A stretch of DNA of 64,000 nt from Tetramitus jugosus. Taxonomy: Eukaryota > Protista > Heterolobosea. The stretch spans positions 186,001 to 250,000 of the forward strand of contig OW569360.1 in the NCBI GenBank assembly GCA_937625935.1, read 5' to 3'. The position numbers and the translations under genes were made by a program. A model generated the notes under the pieces. The model saw only the letters and a list, made by a program, of their open reading frames with translations, was not told the DNA's origin and did not search any database. This document shows, piece after piece, positions 61,041 through 64,000 of the stretch. Every line of letters starts with the position of its first letter. Within the stretch, counting starts at the first letter, position 1.

Positions 61041-64000
61041 TTATTTTTCTTGACGAGTTGAAAACTGTTGTTTTGATTGTTGTGAGTTGTCTCGAGGAGA
61101 AGGAGGCTTGTTTTTAGTGACTGGTTGTTGTTTTTGATTGTTCATTGTCTTTGGGGGAGTTGTGAGTGGTGTTTTCACTTGAGGAGGTGTCGGAGAGGGT
61201 CTTTTGGGCGTGTGGATCGATGGATTGGGAGGTAGATCTATCATTTTGATCTCTCGTTTCGGTGTTTCGATTGGAAGTAGCTTTGGAGTTCGAGCTGGTG
61301 GTTCGCTTGGTTTGGTTTGTGGTCTTCGAGGGCTGACATCTCGACGTTGAGTGACTCTGCTGGACCCCTTATTAACATTACTACCACTCGCTCTTTTGCT
61401 GGGCTCCTCGTTCCGCACATTGTCTCTGCGATTATCTCGTTGATCTAACTTCTCGTGATCTCTTGGATGTCTCGAGTTTTTTGTGTCTCTCAGATCTCGT
61501 TGACACCTTTGAGCTCCCTTTTGATCTCGCTGTTCATTTCTATTGAGTAGTGAATCTGTTGGTGGCGTGCTTATATGGTGGTAACATTTGTCACTCTTTG
61601 CCGACTCGATTAGATCTTTCCAAATTTCGTTTTTCGATAAATACTGAGAGTTGCAAACAATATACATTGCATACTTTGCTCTTGTAATACCAACATTCAT
61701 TCGTCTAACATCATTCAGGAATCCAATTGTGTTCGACTCACCTCCTGCAGACCTTACACAAGAAAATATTACAATGTCTTTCTCTTTACCCTGGAAAGCA
61801 TCCACTGTTGCAATTTGCACATTTCGTAACGCATTGGGTCCACATAGTTTACTAATCCAATACTTGATCTCCTGTATCTGTTCTTTGTACGGACTGATGA
61901 TACCTACAGCTCCACTCAAGTGGCTAGGGTCCTTCACTGTATTAAGTATAGACTCATACAGAAAGGCCACATACTTGGCCTCCTCCACATTACGCAAGGA
62001 TTTTAATTTACCCCGCGACTCTCTGCTATAACTAACATCGTGCACCGAATAGGGAGTAATTTTGAATGATGTTCTGTTGCTTTCATATAACCACTTGCCT
62101 TCGGTTTCACAGTTAGGTCCATTAAGCAGCTTGTTTTCATAAAACTCCTTGGAAGGAAAGCGTGATATGGACGGATGCATTCTGTACTGTGTATCCAACA
62201 AAATTTTCTCTGCTCCAGCTTTTAACAGCCTCTCCATCAAGGATTGTGTGTAATTATTATTCGATGACAATTTGGATAAAACGGTAGGTGGAAGCTGCTG
62301 AGGATCTCCCACTAACGTTATCGACTTGCAATGTTTGTTAATCACAATCGGGGCAATACACTCCGGCTCAACACACTGGCACGATTCGTCAATGATAATA
62401 TTGGAGATTGATGGTAAAGTGTGATGAGTAACACTGCCGAGTGTTGTACAAAACACATCAGTATTTGAGAGAATTTTTTGTCGAATGAACTTTTGTTGCG
62501 AGAAGACATTGGCCATCTCCTTTTTCTTCGCTTGTTCATTTGATATCATTTGGTCGATAAAAGTCTGTTCCCGACGCTTCGCTAGCTCATACCGACCTTT
62601 TGTCTCCAGCAGCTTCGTAGAACTTGAATCTTTTCCAATCATCTCATCGATCGTAGATCTAAACAAGTCTATATTCTTTCGCACCAGATCGAGCTCTGAT
62701 TGTATTTGTTGTCTTTGTTTGTCATACTTCTCAACACAAGCTCGTTTCTTGGCATCAAACTCTTTCTGAACCAAGTTATCAATATAGAGGTGTACCACAT
62801 CATAGTGAACTTTACTTTTCACACCTAGTCGAACGACATTTGGACGGTATACCTCTCCATTTTTATCAACGAGACCTTTTCTGTTTATCCTGGCAATTAA
62901 CTCATCAACTGCAGCGTTACTCGGAGCACAAACCAAAATTCGTTTCTTAATTTGGTCTGTGGCCCTATCCTTCAATAAGGCAGCGATCGTTCCAGCTATG
63001 GTCGCCGTCTTTTGTATTATAGATGCGCGATGTGTGTAAAATGAGAGTCAGTACATGTATGCGGATGGGACAAATACAAAAAAATTATTATTCATACAAA
63101 CCTTCCCCGATCCCGGAGGACCTTGGATGAGAGTGAAGCCCTCTCTCTTTGAATAGACACAAAGAATGGCGCATATCTGAGAGGGATTGAAATTGTCGAC
63201 CAAGTATTGTTTAAATGCACTATTCAGACCAACACGATCGAGATTCAGGCTTTGGGGTTCATAAATATTAGAAATTGGTACTCGATCTGGTGCTAATACC
63301 GTACTAGCGATCGTAGGACTCAGTTGATCAAGTGAAAATATGGAGAAGAAGGCTCGAACAGTTGGAGCGAGAGGACACAACTTTTGTAATCGAATCTTTT
63401 TGTTCTGTGCTAACATCAAGCCTGTAGGTAGTTTGTGCTGCCAAAAACGCACTGTCAAAAGAGATCTCTTATCTTTACGTAACATGTTGACGTGCTCAAT
63501 CTTATTTTGAACGAGATGTCCAAACACTTTGGAGTTGTCGTCAAGAATAATCATAACATAATCATATTCATTGTACCACATTCTTTCCTTTGTTCTAGTT
63601 TCAGTTTCGCGATTAACCACATGTACCAAAATCTGCAAGTAGTCTCTCTCAATCCAAGGATCAGTACAAATGATGACTTCCTCACCTGGAAATTCTTCTT
63701 CCTCATATGCTCGTTGAATCTGTGCGAATGTTTCGGCGTACATGTGTGGTTCATAAACGGATGCGTACTGATCAACATTCGAAAAACATAAAGGAATGCG
63801 CGGTGGTTCTTTCTTCAACAGTTCAATCTTCTTTGCGTCATCGGTTGGACTCACTGATGCAATAAATCTTACAATTCTGTTCTTCCTCCGCTCAATATCG
63901 CCCCTTCTTCGATTTTCTAGTTCTTGCGCTCGTAATTCTTCATTTCTAGCATTCTTTTCAAATGATTGGGACAAGATCAATACTTTGCGTTCGTTCGTGT
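61041..64000 (-). CDS. SEN1/senataxin-like SF1 helicase, 5' end outside window (intron 63101-63009)
   Basis: IQGPPGSGK|T Walker A split by a GTTTGT..AAG intron; CAPSNAAVDE, IIDES, VGDPQQLPPT, QYRMHP, TVDAFQG and RRMNVGITRAK. Confidence 0.9.

Noticed and set aside
1-64000. CRISPR-like arrays or satellites
   Set aside because: The repeats seen are simple microsatellites, mostly trinucleotides encoding homopolymers; no repeat-spacer structure.
3683-64000. Cluster of RNA-processing genes (PRPF3, RRP6, CMTR2, SEN1-like)
   Set aside because: Interspersed with unrelated genes; compatible with chance without synteny data.

Overview
Gene-dense, intron-poor eukaryotic nuclear DNA from a protist. A Heterolobosea/Naegleria-like, flagellum-capable lineage is inferred from short GTATGT..AG introns, tiny intergenic spacers, poly-N/Q/T tracts and an IFT dynein subunit. 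It holds about 30 host protein genes, including CZIB, an AidB-like ACAD, PRPF3, thioredoxin, RRP6, COG2, RRM-CMTR2, a RhoGEF, CUL3, DYNC2LI1, PEX19, a myosin, a SerB-SerC fusion, PP2C and a SEN1-like helicase, plus one tRNA-Phe(GAA). The most striking content is two apparently intact IS5/PIF-Harbinger-superfamily DNA transposons, both in head-to-head promoter spacers. (1) A 3,801-bp element (16970-20770) with perfect 16-bp TIRs and an AGT target duplication. It carries a DDE transposase, a Myb/SANT-like ORF that a predicted 55-nt intron would fuse in frame to the transposase, a divergent orphan cargo ORF and possibly a fourth transcript. (2) A 1,119-bp single-ORF, bacterial-IS-like element (32888-34006) with imperfect TIRs and an AAC duplication. 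All family calls come from motif recognition by eye; no searches were run.
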